Source of the DNA: an uncultured Chloroflexia bacterium
GTDB taxonomy: Bacteria; Chloroflexota; Limnocylindria; Limnocylindrales; CSP1-4
NCBI GenBank assembly: GCA_963746845.1
Contig: CAVVCZ010000006.1
Span: 160,001-224,000, forward strand
Direction: 5' to 3'
DNA: 64,000 nucleotides
The position numbers were made by a program, and so were the translations under genes. A model generated the notes under the pieces. The model did no database searches, had not been told where the DNA came from, and saw only the letters and a program-made list of their open reading frames with translations. The first letter of the stretch is position 1. Every line of letters begins with the position of its first letter. Below, piece by piece: positions 39,563-48,495 of this stretch.

Positions 39563-40933
39563 TCACGACCGGGCCGCGGCCGCGAGGAACGCGGACGACC
39601 CGACCCGGTCGAGAAGGTTCGTCGTCATCCGGCCATCCAGGAAGGCCTCGCTCGAGAGGATCGCCTGGTGGATCGGGACGTTCGTCACGAGGCCCTCGAT
39701 GATCAGCTCGTTCAGGGCGACGCGGCCCCGCTCGATGGCCGCCTGGCGGTCCGCGCCCCACACGATGAGCTTGCCCAGGAGCGAATCGTAGAACGGCGGG
39801 ACCTCGTACCCGGCGAACAGGTGGGAGTCCATCCGGACGCCCGGCCCGCCCGGGGCGAGGTAGCGGTCCACGACGCCCGCCGCAGGCCGGAACTCGCGTT
39901 CGGGGTCCTCGGCGTTGATCCGGAACTCGATCGCGTGGCCGCGGACGATGACGTCGGCCTGGCTGAAGCCGAGCGGCTCCCCGGCGGCGATCCGGATCTG
40001 GGTCGCGACCAGGTCGATGCCGGTCAGCATCTCGGTCACCGGATGCTCGACCTGGATCCGGGAGTTGATCTCGATGAAGTAGAAGTTGCCGTCCCGATCG
40101 ACCAGGAACTCGAGCGTCCCGACGTTCTCGTAGCCGGCCGTCACGACCGCCCGGATCGCCTGGGTGCACAGGTCGTTCCGGGCCTCCGGGCCGAGGGCCG
40201 GGGTGGGGCCCTCCTCGAGGATCTTCTGATGGCGGCGCTGGACGCTGCAGTCGCGCTCGCCGAGATGGACTCCACGCCCGTACCGGTCGACCGCGACCTG
40301 GACCTCGACATGGCGGGTCTCGTCGAGCCACCGCTCCAGGTACAGCGAGTCGTCGCCGAATGCGGCGCGCGCCTCGGACCGGCAGACATTGAGCGACGCC
40401 TCGAGCTCGCGCGGCGTGCGGACCATCCGCATGCCCTTGCCACCGCCGCCGGCCGCGGGCTTGATGAGGACCGGATAGCCGATCCGCTCGCCCTCCTCGA
40501 GCGCGTGGGCATCGTCACGGAGGATCCCGTTGGAGCCCGGGATCGTCGGCAGGCCGAGCGAGCCGAGCAGCCGGCGGGTCAATTCCTTGTTCGAGAACCG
40601 CTCGAGGACGTTGGCCGGCGGGCCGACGAAGGTCAGGTCGTGGGCCCGGACGACCTCGGCGAAGCCCTCGTCCTCGGACAGGAAGCCGTAGCCCGGATGG
40701 ATCCCGTCGCAGCCCGTGACGATCGCCGCGCTGATCACCGCGGGTGCCGAGAGATACGACCGGCGGGCATCCGCGGGGCCGATGCAGATCGCCTCGTCGG
40801 CCAGCTGGACCGGGAGCGACTCGCGATCCGCCTCGCTGTAGGCGACGACCGCCTCGATCCCGAGGGTCCGGCAGGCGCGCAGGACGCGGAGGGCGATCTC
40901 GCCGCGGTTCGCGATCAGGATCTTGCGGAACAT
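39563..40933 (-). CDS. accC: Acetyl-CoA carboxylase, biotin carboxylase subunit
   Basis: KILIANRGEIA, HPGYGFLSE, GGGGKGM, ERDCSVQRRHQK, RIQVEHPVTE. Confidence 0.96.
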   Translation of the reverse strand: MFRKILIANRGEIALRVLRACRTLGIEAVVAYSEADRESLPVQLADEAICIGPADARRSYLSAPAVISAAIVTGCDGIHPGYGFLSEDEGFAEVVRAHDLTFVGPPANVLERFSNKELTRRLLGSLGLPTIPGSNGILRDDAHALEEGERIGYPVLIKPAAGGGGKGMRMVRTPRELEASLNVCRSEARAAFGDDSLYLERWLDETRHVEVQVAVDRYGRGVHLGERDCSVQRRHQKILEEGPTPALGPEARNDLCTQAIRAVVTAGYENVGTLEFLVDRDGNFYFIEINSRIQVEHPVTEMLTGIDLVATQIRIAAGEPLGFSQADVIVRGHAIEFRINAEDPEREFRPAAGVVDRYLAPGGPGVRMDSHLFAGYEVPPFYDSLLGKLIVWGADRQAAIERGRVALNELIIEGLVTNVPIHQAILSSEAFLDGRMTTNLLDRVGSSAFLAAAARS

Positions 40934-41667
40934 CAGGCCTCGCTCCGCTCGGCGGTCCGGCTCGCGTCCGCCGTCCGGGCGGTCAGCTCGATGACGACCA
41001 GCTCCTGGCCGTACTCGACCGCCTGGCCCGGCTCGACGAGCGTCGCCCCGACGATCCCGTCCGCCGGCGCGACGACCTCCTGGGCGATACCGAGCATGTC
41101 GACGGCGCCGAGCCGGTCTCCGGATCGGACGCGGGTGCCGGCCCGGGCCTCGGGACGCGGCTGGAAGACCCCGACCGCGGGCGAGGTCGCGATCGAGCGA
41201 TGTCCGTCGACGCCGTCGCCGGAGGCGCGACCCGTGGCGGACGCGGCCACCCCTCCGCCCGGCCCGCTGCCGTTGGTCGAGCCCGCGGCGACCGCCGCGG
41301 CAGCGCCGACCGGCCGGCTCTCGCGCCCGGTCCGGTGGCCCTCGAAGCCGCCCGGCGCGTGCCCGTGACCGGCGTGACCCGGGTGGGCCCGTGAGGCGCG
41401 GTCGGTGGTCCGGCGGTTGTGACCGGCGGCCCCGCCGGCCGGACGTCGCACGCGGATCGTCCAGTCGCCCTCGCCGACCTCGATCTCGCCCAGCCCGGTC
41501 GCGGCGAGCTTGGCGATCAGCGCGGGCACCAGGTCGTCGGCCAGCCGGTCGATCGCGGCGTGGTCGGCGAGACGGTCCGTGTCCGTGCGATCGGTCCGCG
41601 GGGTCGGGGTGGCCGCCGCCGGCTTCGCGGCAGATCGTGATCCGGTGGTGCGGCGTTCAGCAGTCAA
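40933..41667 (-). CDS. BCCP-like protein lacking the biotinylation lysine (BADC-like)
   Basis: BCCP-type N-terminus (LGEIEV) and C-terminal SPAVGVF...GDRLGAVDMLGIAQEVVAPADG...GQAVEYGQEL; EAMK replaced by DMLG; start uncertain. Confidence 0.8.
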   Translation of the reverse strand: MTAERRTTGSRSAAKPAAATPTPRTDRTDTDRLADHAAIDRLADDLVPALIAKLAATGLGEIEVGEGDWTIRVRRPAGGAAGHNRRTTDRASRAHPGHAGHGHAPGGFEGHRTGRESRPVGAAAAVAAGSTNGSGPGGGVAASATGRASGDGVDGHRSIATSPAVGVFQPRPEARAGTRVRSGDRLGAVDMLGIAQEVVAPADGIVGATLVEPGQAVEYGQELVVIELTARTADASRTAERSEA

Positions 41668-41672
41668 GCGGT

Positions 41673-42704
41673 TCAGACCTCGTCACGGGCCGGCAGCTCG
41701 TCGCGGCGGCCGGCGGGGATCGACGGGATGCCGGACCAGCGGCCCGAATCGAGCAGGTTGCGGAAGCGATCGGTCAGACCCGGCCGCTCCGGCTGGGGCG
41801 GTGGCGGAGCCTCGACCTCGCGGTAGGCACCGAGCGTGCGGAAGCGACGGTAGCGCGCTTCGACGAGCGCGTCGAGGGACAGCCGGCCGAGGCCGTCGAG
41901 CTGCTCGAGGATGACGGTCTTCAGCCGGCGGGCGGTCTCGGCAAGGTCCGTGTGGGCACCCTCTCCGGGCTCGGCGACGACGATATCGATCACGCCGAGC
42001 GCCTGCTGCTCGCGTGCGGTCATCCGCATCGCGACGGCGGCGGTCGCCGCCTCGTCCGCCGTGCGCCACAGGATCGATGCGCAGCCCTCCGGGCTGATCA
42101 CCGAGTAGACCGCGTTCTCGAGCGCGACGATCACGTCGCCGACCGCGATCGCGAGCGCCCCGCCGGAGCCGCCCTCGCCGGTGATCACGACGACGATCGG
42201 CGTCCGGAGCCGGCTCATCAGCCCGATCGAGCGGGCGATCGACTCGGCGATCCCGCGCTCCTCGGACTCGGGACCGGGGTGTGCTCCCGGCACGTCGACG
42301 AAGGTGACGATCGGCAGCCCGAACCGCTCTGCGAGCTCCATCACCCGCATCGCCTTGCGATAGCCCTCGGGATGGGGCATCCCGAAGTTGCGCCGGATGT
42401 TCTCGTCCGTGTCGGCGCCCTTCTGCTGGCCGATCACGACGACCCGCCGCTCGCCGATCCGGGCCAGCCCGGTCACGACCGCCTCGTCGTCGCCGAACAG
42501 GCGATCGCCGTGGAGCTCGATGAACTCGTCGGCCATCTCCCCGACCAGGTCGAGGATCCGCGGCCGGCGCAGGTTGCGGGCCAGCTGGACCCGGGCCCAG
42601 GTCTCGGCCTTCGGATCCGACGGGGCGACGGTCGGCGCCTCGGCGCCGTCGCGCACGGTCCCGTCCGGGACGTCGCGGTTGCGGCCCAGGATGCGGTCAA
42701 CCAT
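41673..42704 (-). CDS. accA: Acetyl-CoA carboxylase carboxyltransferase alpha
   Basis: ELHGDR, RNFGMPHPEGYRKA, GEGGSGGALA, YSVISPEGCASILW. Confidence 0.95.
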   Translation of the reverse strand: MVDRILGRNRDVPDGTVRDGAEAPTVAPSDPKAETWARVQLARNLRRPRILDLVGEMADEFIELHGDRLFGDDEAVVTGLARIGERRVVVIGQQKGADTDENIRRNFGMPHPEGYRKAMRVMELAERFGLPIVTFVDVPGAHPGPESEERGIAESIARSIGLMSRLRTPIVVVITGEGGSGGALAIAVGDVIVALENAVYSVISPEGCASILWRTADEAATAAVAMRMTAREQQALGVIDIVVAEPGEGAHTDLAETARRLKTVILEQLDGLGRLSLDALVEARYRRFRTLGAYREVEAPPPPQPERPGLTDRFRNLLDSGRWSGIPSIPAGRRDELPARDEV

Positions 42705-43905
42705 GGGGCACCTCGTCGGCCGTGGCGACGACCGGTTCGTCGATCCCGGCGGTGTCCGGCGCCGGCCCGTCGGCATCGTCGGCGGCGGTCGTCGTCTCCG
42801 GCTCGGGCGCGACGGGCTCCTGCGGCGTGTCGGCGGCCGCCTTGCGCGATCGGCCCTTCGGCTTCGTCGCGGCCGGCTCGGCCGGTGGCACGGGCTCGGT
42901 CGACGCCACCAGGGCGGACCGCGTCGTCGGCTCGCCCGCCCCGTTCCCGGCCGGGACATGCGCCGGCTCGGTTTCGCCGGGAAGGACGCGCTCGGCGAGG
43001 TTCGACAGGAACGAGAACGGCCGGAAATTCGGCAGCCCGATGACCTCCTGCTCTTCCGCGGTGGCCGCGCCGGTCTGGCGCGGGACGAGGAAGCGGAGCA
43101 GGTCGACGACCTCGTCGCGGAGCGCCGAGCGGTGGACGACGCGGTCGAGGAACCCGTGCTCGAACAGGAACTCGGAGCGCTGGAAGCCGGGCGGCAGCTC
43201 CTGGGCGATCGTCCCCGCGGAGACGCGCGCGCCCGCGAACCCGATCAGCGCGTTCGGCTCGGCGATGTTCACGTCGCCGAGGACCGCGAACGAGGCGAAG
43301 ACGCCGCCGGTGGTGGGGTCGGTGAGGACGCTGACGAACGGCACGCCGGCCGTCCGGAGCCGCTCCAGCGCCGCGACGCTCTTGGCGAGCTGCATGAGCG
43401 ACAGGGTCCCCTCCTGCATCCGCGCGCCGCCCGACGCCGAGACGACGACCAGGGGGATCCGTTCGGCGAGCGCGTGCTCCGCCGCCCGGGTGACCTTCTC
43501 GCCGACGACCGCGCCCATCGAGCCGCCCATGAACCCGAAGTCCATGACGCAGATCGCGACGGGCCGGCCGTCCATGAGGCCGATGCCCCAGACGGCCGCG
43601 TCGCGCATCCCGGTCGCCAGCTGGGCCGCGGCGATCCGGTCGGGGTACGTCTTCTGGTCGACGAAGCCGAGCGGGTCCTCCGATTCGAGCCCCGCATCGC
43701 GCTCGATGAACGAGCCGTGGTCGAGAAGGAGCGCCAGGCGGAGGTCGGCCGACAGGCGGAAATGGTGGCCGCACGACGGGCAGACCCGGAGCACCTTGTC
43801 GAGCTGCTTGTTGAAGAGCATCTCGTCACAGGACGGGCACTTCGTCCACAGGTCCGCCGGATAGGCGTCGCGGCGCGGCCGGAACGACGGCAGCTTGATC
43901 GGCAT
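42697..43905 (-). CDS. accD: Acetyl-CoA carboxylase carboxyltransferase beta
   Basis: WTKCPSC...CPSC Zn finger; FMGGSMG; SGGARMQEG; PTTGGV; FQRSEFL. Confidence 0.95.
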   Translation of the reverse strand: MPIKLPSFRPRRDAYPADLWTKCPSCDEMLFNKQLDKVLRVCPSCGHHFRLSADLRLALLLDHGSFIERDAGLESEDPLGFVDQKTYPDRIAAAQLATGMRDAAVWGIGLMDGRPVAICVMDFGFMGGSMGAVVGEKVTRAAEHALAERIPLVVVSASGGARMQEGTLSLMQLAKSVAALERLRTAGVPFVSVLTDPTTGGVFASFAVLGDVNIAEPNALIGFAGARVSAGTIAQELPPGFQRSEFLFEHGFLDRVVHRSALRDEVVDLLRFLVPRQTGAATAEEQEVIGLPNFRPFSFLSNLAERVLPGETEPAHVPAGNGAGEPTTRSALVASTEPVPPAEPAATKPKGRSRKAAADTPQEPVAPEPETTTAADDADGPAPDTAGIDEPVVATADEVPHG

Positions 43906-44471
43906 CAGTCGAGCCCCTGGCGCCGACCGGGTGTCGCCGGCAGCGTGCCGGCCCCGGGAGCGGCCAGCCGGACCGAGCGGGCGGCCCGTGCGGCACGGAC
44001 CATGGGCGGCGTCGACCGGCTCGGCCGGCCGCGGCGCCAGGCGACGATCGCCGCGCCGGCGATGGAGATCGCCGCCGAGGTCAGGGCACCGCCGATCAGC
44101 AGCGGCCGCGCGATCTCGTGCGTCGCGGGATCGCCATCCGGGACCTCGCCGGCGGGGTCAAGGCCGGATGACGGCATGCGGAACGGGACGACGCGACCCT
44201 CGGCGCCGACGGCGGCCGGGAGGCGCATCGCCACAGCGGCCTCGGCGAGCCGCGTCGCCAGCCGCTCCTCGAAGCGGAACGACGGATGGACGCGGACGAG
44301 GTCCCGGCGGAGACGGTCGGCCGCGATCCTGGCGGCCGGATCCAGCGCGGTCGTGGGGTCGTCCGTGCCGGCCCCTCCCGATCCGAGCAGGGATCCGGCA
44401 AGCAGCGCATCCAGGTAGAGGTCGGTGAGGAGCGCCTCGGCCATCGCTCCGTCGCGGTCGACGAGGCTCAT
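43905..44471 (-). CDS. Single-pass membrane protein, candidate anti-sigma factor
   Basis: Overlaps the ECF sigma stop (ATGA); helical N-terminus (PSFRFEERLATRL) then one TM. Confidence 0.65.
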   Translation of the reverse strand: MSLVDRDGAMAEALLTDLYLDALLAGSLLGSGGAGTDDPTTALDPAARIAADRLRRDLVRVHPSFRFEERLATRLAEAAVAMRLPAAVGAEGRVVPFRMPSSGLDPAGEVPDGDPATHEIARPLLIGGALTSAAISIAGAAIVAWRRGRPSRSTPPMVRAARAARSVRLAAPGAGTLPATPGRRQGLD

Positions 44472-45088
44472 TCCTTGGCGAGGTCGCGGGCCACCGCCCG
44501 CAGCGCCCGGTGGACGAGGACCCGGACCGCCCCCTCGGACCGTCCGAGGACGCCGGCGATCTCCGCGGTCGACATCTCGTCGACGAACCGGAGGACGAGC
44601 GCCTGGCGACGATCCGCGGGCAGCCGCCCGACGGCCCGCCACGCGGCGGCGGCCTCGTCGCGGGTCTCGATCCCGCCCGCGACATCCAGCGGGTCCGCGA
44701 TCATCGCGGCCGCCTCGATCGGGGCGACGGGGTGTCGGCGCCGGCTCCGTCGCTGGTTGGCGACGGAGTTCCGGGCAATCTGGAACAGCCAGACGCGGAA
44801 CGTGGAGGCGCCGTCCCCGTCGGCCGGCCGCGCCCGCTCCTCGAACTGCGGCAGGCCCGCGAGAGCGGCGAGGAACGTGCGCTCGGTTGCGTCCTCGGCC
44901 TCGTGGTGGTCGCCGAGCTCGTGATAGGCGTAGCTGTACACCTGGGCGAGATACCTGCGATACAGGGCGTCGAACCGCAGCGGGTCGCGCCTGGCCTCCT
45001 CGACGAGCGCCCGGTCGCGATCGAGATGGGCGACGCGCGCGGTCGAACCCGCGGCGGCCGTCCGACCCGGACGATCGGTGGCGCTCAC
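44468..45088 (-). CDS. ECF RNA polymerase sigma-70 factor
   Basis: Region 2 FDALYRRY...AEDAT..TF...FRVWLFQIARN; region 4 LP..RRQALVLRF..MSTAEIA..LGRSEGAVR; start GTG 45088 or ATG 45112. Confidence 0.92.
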   Translation of the reverse strand: MSATDRPGRTAAAGSTARVAHLDRDRALVEEARRDPLRFDALYRRYLAQVYSYAYHELGDHHEAEDATERTFLAALAGLPQFEERARPADGDGASTFRVWLFQIARNSVANQRRSRRRHPVAPIEAAAMIADPLDVAGGIETRDEAAAAWRAVGRLPADRRQALVLRFVDEMSTAEIAGVLGRSEGAVRVLVHRALRAVARDLAKE

Positions 45089-45094
45089 CCGTCC

Positions 45095-45121
45095 AAACAC
45101 CGGTCGCGCCATCGTGTTACA
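45095..45121 (-). promoter_or_regulatory. Putative ECF-type (autoregulatory) promoter
   Basis: Minus strand TGTAAC-N16-TGTT immediately upstream of the sigma GTG. Confidence 0.4.
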
Positions 45122-45923
45122 CCCGACCCTGGTTCGATGCGAACCGGAGATGGCGGATCTCGCCCGAGAACACGGCTCGCCGGCCCCGCCCGTCGTCGAC
45201 AAGGAGCGCCCCCGTCCGGTCATCCACGCCCACGGCATCGACGTCCTCGCGCCACCCGTCCGGAAGCTGGAGGACGACCCGACGCCCGGTCGTCACCTGG
45301 CGCGCGGCCCATGCCGTCGCATCGAACCGTCCGTCGCGCAGCTCGCGGACCCGGCCTTCGAGAGCGGAGAGGAAGGCGTCGAGGAGCGACCCGACGTCGA
45401 CCGGCCGGCCCGCGTTCGCGTCCATCAGCGAGGTCATCGCCCCGGCCAGATCCGGCGGGAAATCGGCCCGGCGCCAGTTCCCGTTCACCCCGATCCCGAC
45501 GATCACGTGCGGGTCGGTCGTCCCGAGGCCGACGGACTCGCCGAGCACGCCGGCGAGCTTGCGGACCGTCGCCCGATCCGCGATCACGAGGTCGTTCGGC
45601 CACTTCAGGCGGATCGTTCCCTCCGGCAGCCCGGCCGCCGCCTCCGCCGCCTCCGCCATCGCGAGGCCCACGACCGCCGGGAGCCGCCAGGCCAGGTCCG
45701 CGCCTAGCCAGCCCGGACGGAACCCGACGGACAGGAGCAGCGCCGCGCGCGGTGGCGCGACCCACGTCCGGCCCTCCCGGCCGCGGCCCGCCGTCTGCTC
45801 GGCCGTGACGGCCAGGCAGACCTCCGGCGTCCCGGCGGCCAGCCAGTCCCGGACGACGTCGTTCGTCGAGCCGACGCGCTCGAAGCGCTCGTGCCGGGAC
45901 AGGAACGGCGCGGTGACCGTCAC
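45117..45923 (-). CDS. birA: Biotin-protein ligase (monofunctional, no HTH)
   Basis: STND, QTAGRGREGRTW, LKWPND, KLAGVL, GIGVN. Confidence 0.93.
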   Translation of the reverse strand: MTVTAPFLSRHERFERVGSTNDVVRDWLAAGTPEVCLAVTAEQTAGRGREGRTWVAPPRAALLLSVGFRPGWLGADLAWRLPAVVGLAMAEAAEAAAGLPEGTIRLKWPNDLVIADRATVRKLAGVLGESVGLGTTDPHVIVGIGVNGNWRRADFPPDLAGAMTSLMDANAGRPVDVGSLLDAFLSALEGRVRELRDGRFDATAWAARQVTTGRRVVLQLPDGWREDVDAVGVDDRTGALLVDDGRGRRAVFSGEIRHLRFASNQGRV

Positions 45924-47206
45924 CGGCTCGCCAGGGCCCCCGACGTTGCGTCAACCGCCGCGGAGTCCGGCCGCTCCAGCTCGAACGCCTCGTGAAGGGC
46001 CCGAACCGCGGTCTCGAGGGCGTCCTCCGCGATGATCGTCGTGATCCGGATCTCGGAGGTCGAGATCATCTCGATGTTCACGCCGGCATCGGCCAACGCC
46101 CGGAACATCCGCGCGGCGTAGCCCGGGGCATTCTGGATGCCCGCGCCGACGATCGACACCTTCGCCACGGACGAATCGGTCGTCAGCTCGCGGAAGCCGA
46201 GCTCGCGCGCGATCGGGTCGAGGATCCGCTTGGCCTTCGCGAGCTCGACCTGGGGGATCGTGAAGCTCAGGTCGGTCGCGCTGCCGTGGCCGATGTTCTG
46301 GACGATCATGTCGACGTTGATCCCGGCCTCGGCCAGCGGGCCGAAGACGTGGGCGGCGACGCCCGGCCGGTCCGGGACCTCGACGAGGGTGATCTTCGCG
46401 ACATTCCGATCGTGGGCGAGGCCACGGACCTTGTTCCGCTGCTCCACGAGCGGGTCCTCCTTGATCAGCGTTCCGGGTGCGTCCTCGAACGAGCTGAGGA
46501 CCTCGATGACGACGTCGTTCACCCAGCCGAGCTCGACCGCGCGGGTCTGCATCACCTGGGCGCCCTGGCCGGCGAGCTCGAGCATCTCCTCGTAGCCGAT
46601 GACATCGAGCTGTCGCGACTGCGGGACGATTCGTGGGTCGGCGGTGTGGATGCCCCGGACGTCGGTGAAGATCTGGCAGCGGGTCGCCTTCAGGCGCGCG
46701 GCCAGGGCGACGGCAGTCGTGTCGCTGCCGCCGCGACCGAGCGTCGTGATGTCCGCGCCGGCGGCGTCGTCGCCCTCGGCCCGGCCCTGGAACCCGGCGA
46801 TGATCACGACCTTGCCCCCGTCGAGCTCGCGGCGCACACGGCCGGGGTCGATGGACGCGATCCGCGCCTTGCCGTACCGGCCGTCGGTCGTGATGCCGGC
46901 CTGCGGGCCGCTCAGGCTGATCGCGGCCACGCCGAGCGCGTGGAGCGCCATCGAGACCAGCGTCGCGCTCTGGTGCTCGCCGGTCGCCAGGAGCATGTCC
47001 AGCTCGCGCTCGTCCGGCGTGTCCGTGATCGCGGCGGCGAGGCCGAGCAGCTCGTCGGTCGCGTCGCCCATCGCCGAGACGACGACGACCAGGTCCGAGC
47101 CCGAAGCACGCTCGCGGGCGATCCGCCGCGCGACCCGGCGAATCCTGTCGGCGTCGGCGAGGCTCGAGCCTCCGAACTTCTGCACGACGAGCGGGGCGAC
47201 AGGCAT
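45920..47206 (-). CDS. lysC: Aspartate kinase
   Basis: VQKFGGSS, VVVSAMG, TTLGRGGSDTTA, two ACT domains. Confidence 0.95.
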   Translation of the reverse strand: MPVAPLVVQKFGGSSLADADRIRRVARRIARERASGSDLVVVVSAMGDATDELLGLAAAITDTPDERELDMLLATGEHQSATLVSMALHALGVAAISLSGPQAGITTDGRYGKARIASIDPGRVRRELDGGKVVIIAGFQGRAEGDDAAGADITTLGRGGSDTTAVALAARLKATRCQIFTDVRGIHTADPRIVPQSRQLDVIGYEEMLELAGQGAQVMQTRAVELGWVNDVVIEVLSSFEDAPGTLIKEDPLVEQRNKVRGLAHDRNVAKITLVEVPDRPGVAAHVFGPLAEAGINVDMIVQNIGHGSATDLSFTIPQVELAKAKRILDPIARELGFRELTTDSSVAKVSIVGAGIQNAPGYAARMFRALADAGVNIEMISTSEIRITTIIAEDALETAVRALHEAFELERPDSAAVDATSGALASR

Positions 47207-47389
47207 CGAGGCATTCTACCGCCCGCTCCGGCTGGCTCCCGAGCCCCCAGCCCCTCGTGGCGTCGCCCCGGGCGCCCCGCCCCGGCGCCCCGGGGCGCCT
47301 CGCGCCGCTGCCGGGCCCCCTCCCCGCGCTCCGCCCCGAGCCCCGGCCCGCCCCTCCCCGCGCCCCGCCCCGGCGTTTCGCCGTCTTCC

Positions 47390-47544
47390 CAACCCGTGAA
47401 CACGGTGGGATGTCCACGTCCCGGATGTGCACCCACGATGCATCCGGGGCGCATCCGGGCCGCCGAAACCGCCCGTCCCGCACGGCCCGTACGTCGGGTC
47501 ACGCCGACCGTCGCGCGGAGTTCACGGGTTGAACATCCGGTGAC
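47390..47544. repeat. Degenerate direct repeat, copy 1 (~150 bp, with internal 12-bp inverted repeat)
   Basis: CAACCCGTGAAC 47390-47401 / GTTCACGGGTTG 47520-47531; collinear with the copy at +890 bp. Confidence 0.8.
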
Positions 47545-48197
47545 CGGATGAAGACGATGCCGCGCGGCGGCGTCCCGACTGGCCGACGGATCCAGGACCG
47601 GCACGCCTGCGCCGGTGCCGGCAGCGCCGCACCGAACGCCGGGGCGTGCCGGGAGATCCGCGCCCGGTTCGTCGTGCCTTCGCCCACCACGAGCAGGGCG
47701 GCGACCGGCCCCGCCCGCCAGCCTCGCTTGCGCGCGATCTCCGGCGTGAGCCGCGCCTTCCGGTCGATGCCGATCAGCGTCTGGTTCGCGTCGCCGATCG
47801 ACGCCTTGACTTCGACCGCCACCAGGGCGCCGCCGGGGTGTCGCCCGAGGACGTCGATCGAGCCTCGCTCGCCGAAGATCGCGAACGACACCTCAACCGC
47901 GACCTCCCAGCCCGCTGATCGAAGCCAGCGAACTGTCGCATCGACGATCGTGGCGTGGCGCTCGTCGATCAGCCGGTCCAGCGTCGCGCCGCGCCACCGG
48001 AGATCGAGATCCAGACGACCATCAAGCGCGGCTGCGATCGCCTGAAGATCCGCGAAGGCGATCCGTTCGATCCGTCCGGTCTCGATCCGGGAAACCGTCG
48101 ATCGCGAGAAACCGCAACGTTCCGCGAGCTGGGCCTGCGTCCATCGTCGGCGATCCCGGAGGGCGCGGATGGCTCGGCCGAATCGCCAGCGATCCAT
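47499..48197 (-). CDS. XRE-family HTH fused to PD-(D/E)XK-like nuclease domain
   Basis: LRDRRRWTQAQLAERCGFSRSTVSRIETG HTH; EVSF..GERGSIDVL...VAVEVK nuclease motif. Confidence 0.8.
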   Translation of the reverse strand: MDRWRFGRAIRALRDRRRWTQAQLAERCGFSRSTVSRIETGRIERIAFADLQAIAAALDGRLDLDLRWRGATLDRLIDERHATIVDATVRWLRSAGWEVAVEVSFAIFGERGSIDVLGRHPGGALVAVEVKASIGDANQTLIGIDRKARLTPEIARKRGWRAGPVAALLVVGEGTTNRARISRHAPAFGAALPAPAQACRSWIRRPVGTPPRGIVFIRSPDVQPVNSARRSA

Positions 48198-48283
48198 CGG
48201 ACCAGTTTCGCGATGCGTCCTTATCGCCCGGTCATCGCTCCATTCGTTCGGCGGCTCCCATTTCCGTTCGCCGATTTCTCGCT

Positions 48284-48434
48284 CGGTGAACTCCAGGTGC
48301 TGTCCGCGACCCCGAATGTGCACCCATGACGCCGGCGGGGCAGTCCGGGCTCACGCGCGGCCGAGGTCGAGCGTCGCGGTCGACGAAATCGGGCCGCATG
48401 TCGCGCGGTGTTCACGGGTTGAACATTCAGTGAC
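48284..48434. repeat. Degenerate direct repeat, copy 2 (~150 bp)
   Basis: 48400-48434 matches 47510-47544 at 32/35; GTGAAC, ATGTGCACCCA and TCCGGGC blocks collinear at offset 890-891. Confidence 0.8.
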
Positions 48435-48495
48435 TCGGGCGTTCGCTGCCGCTCCGTCCGAGTCGCAGTAGCCTTCGAGCGGAGGTATCCGCCGC

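Noticed and set aside
47207-47400. Lysine riboswitch upstream of aspartate kinase
   Set aside because: No recognisable consensus, and TAGAAT 6 nt before the ATG indicates a leaderless transcript
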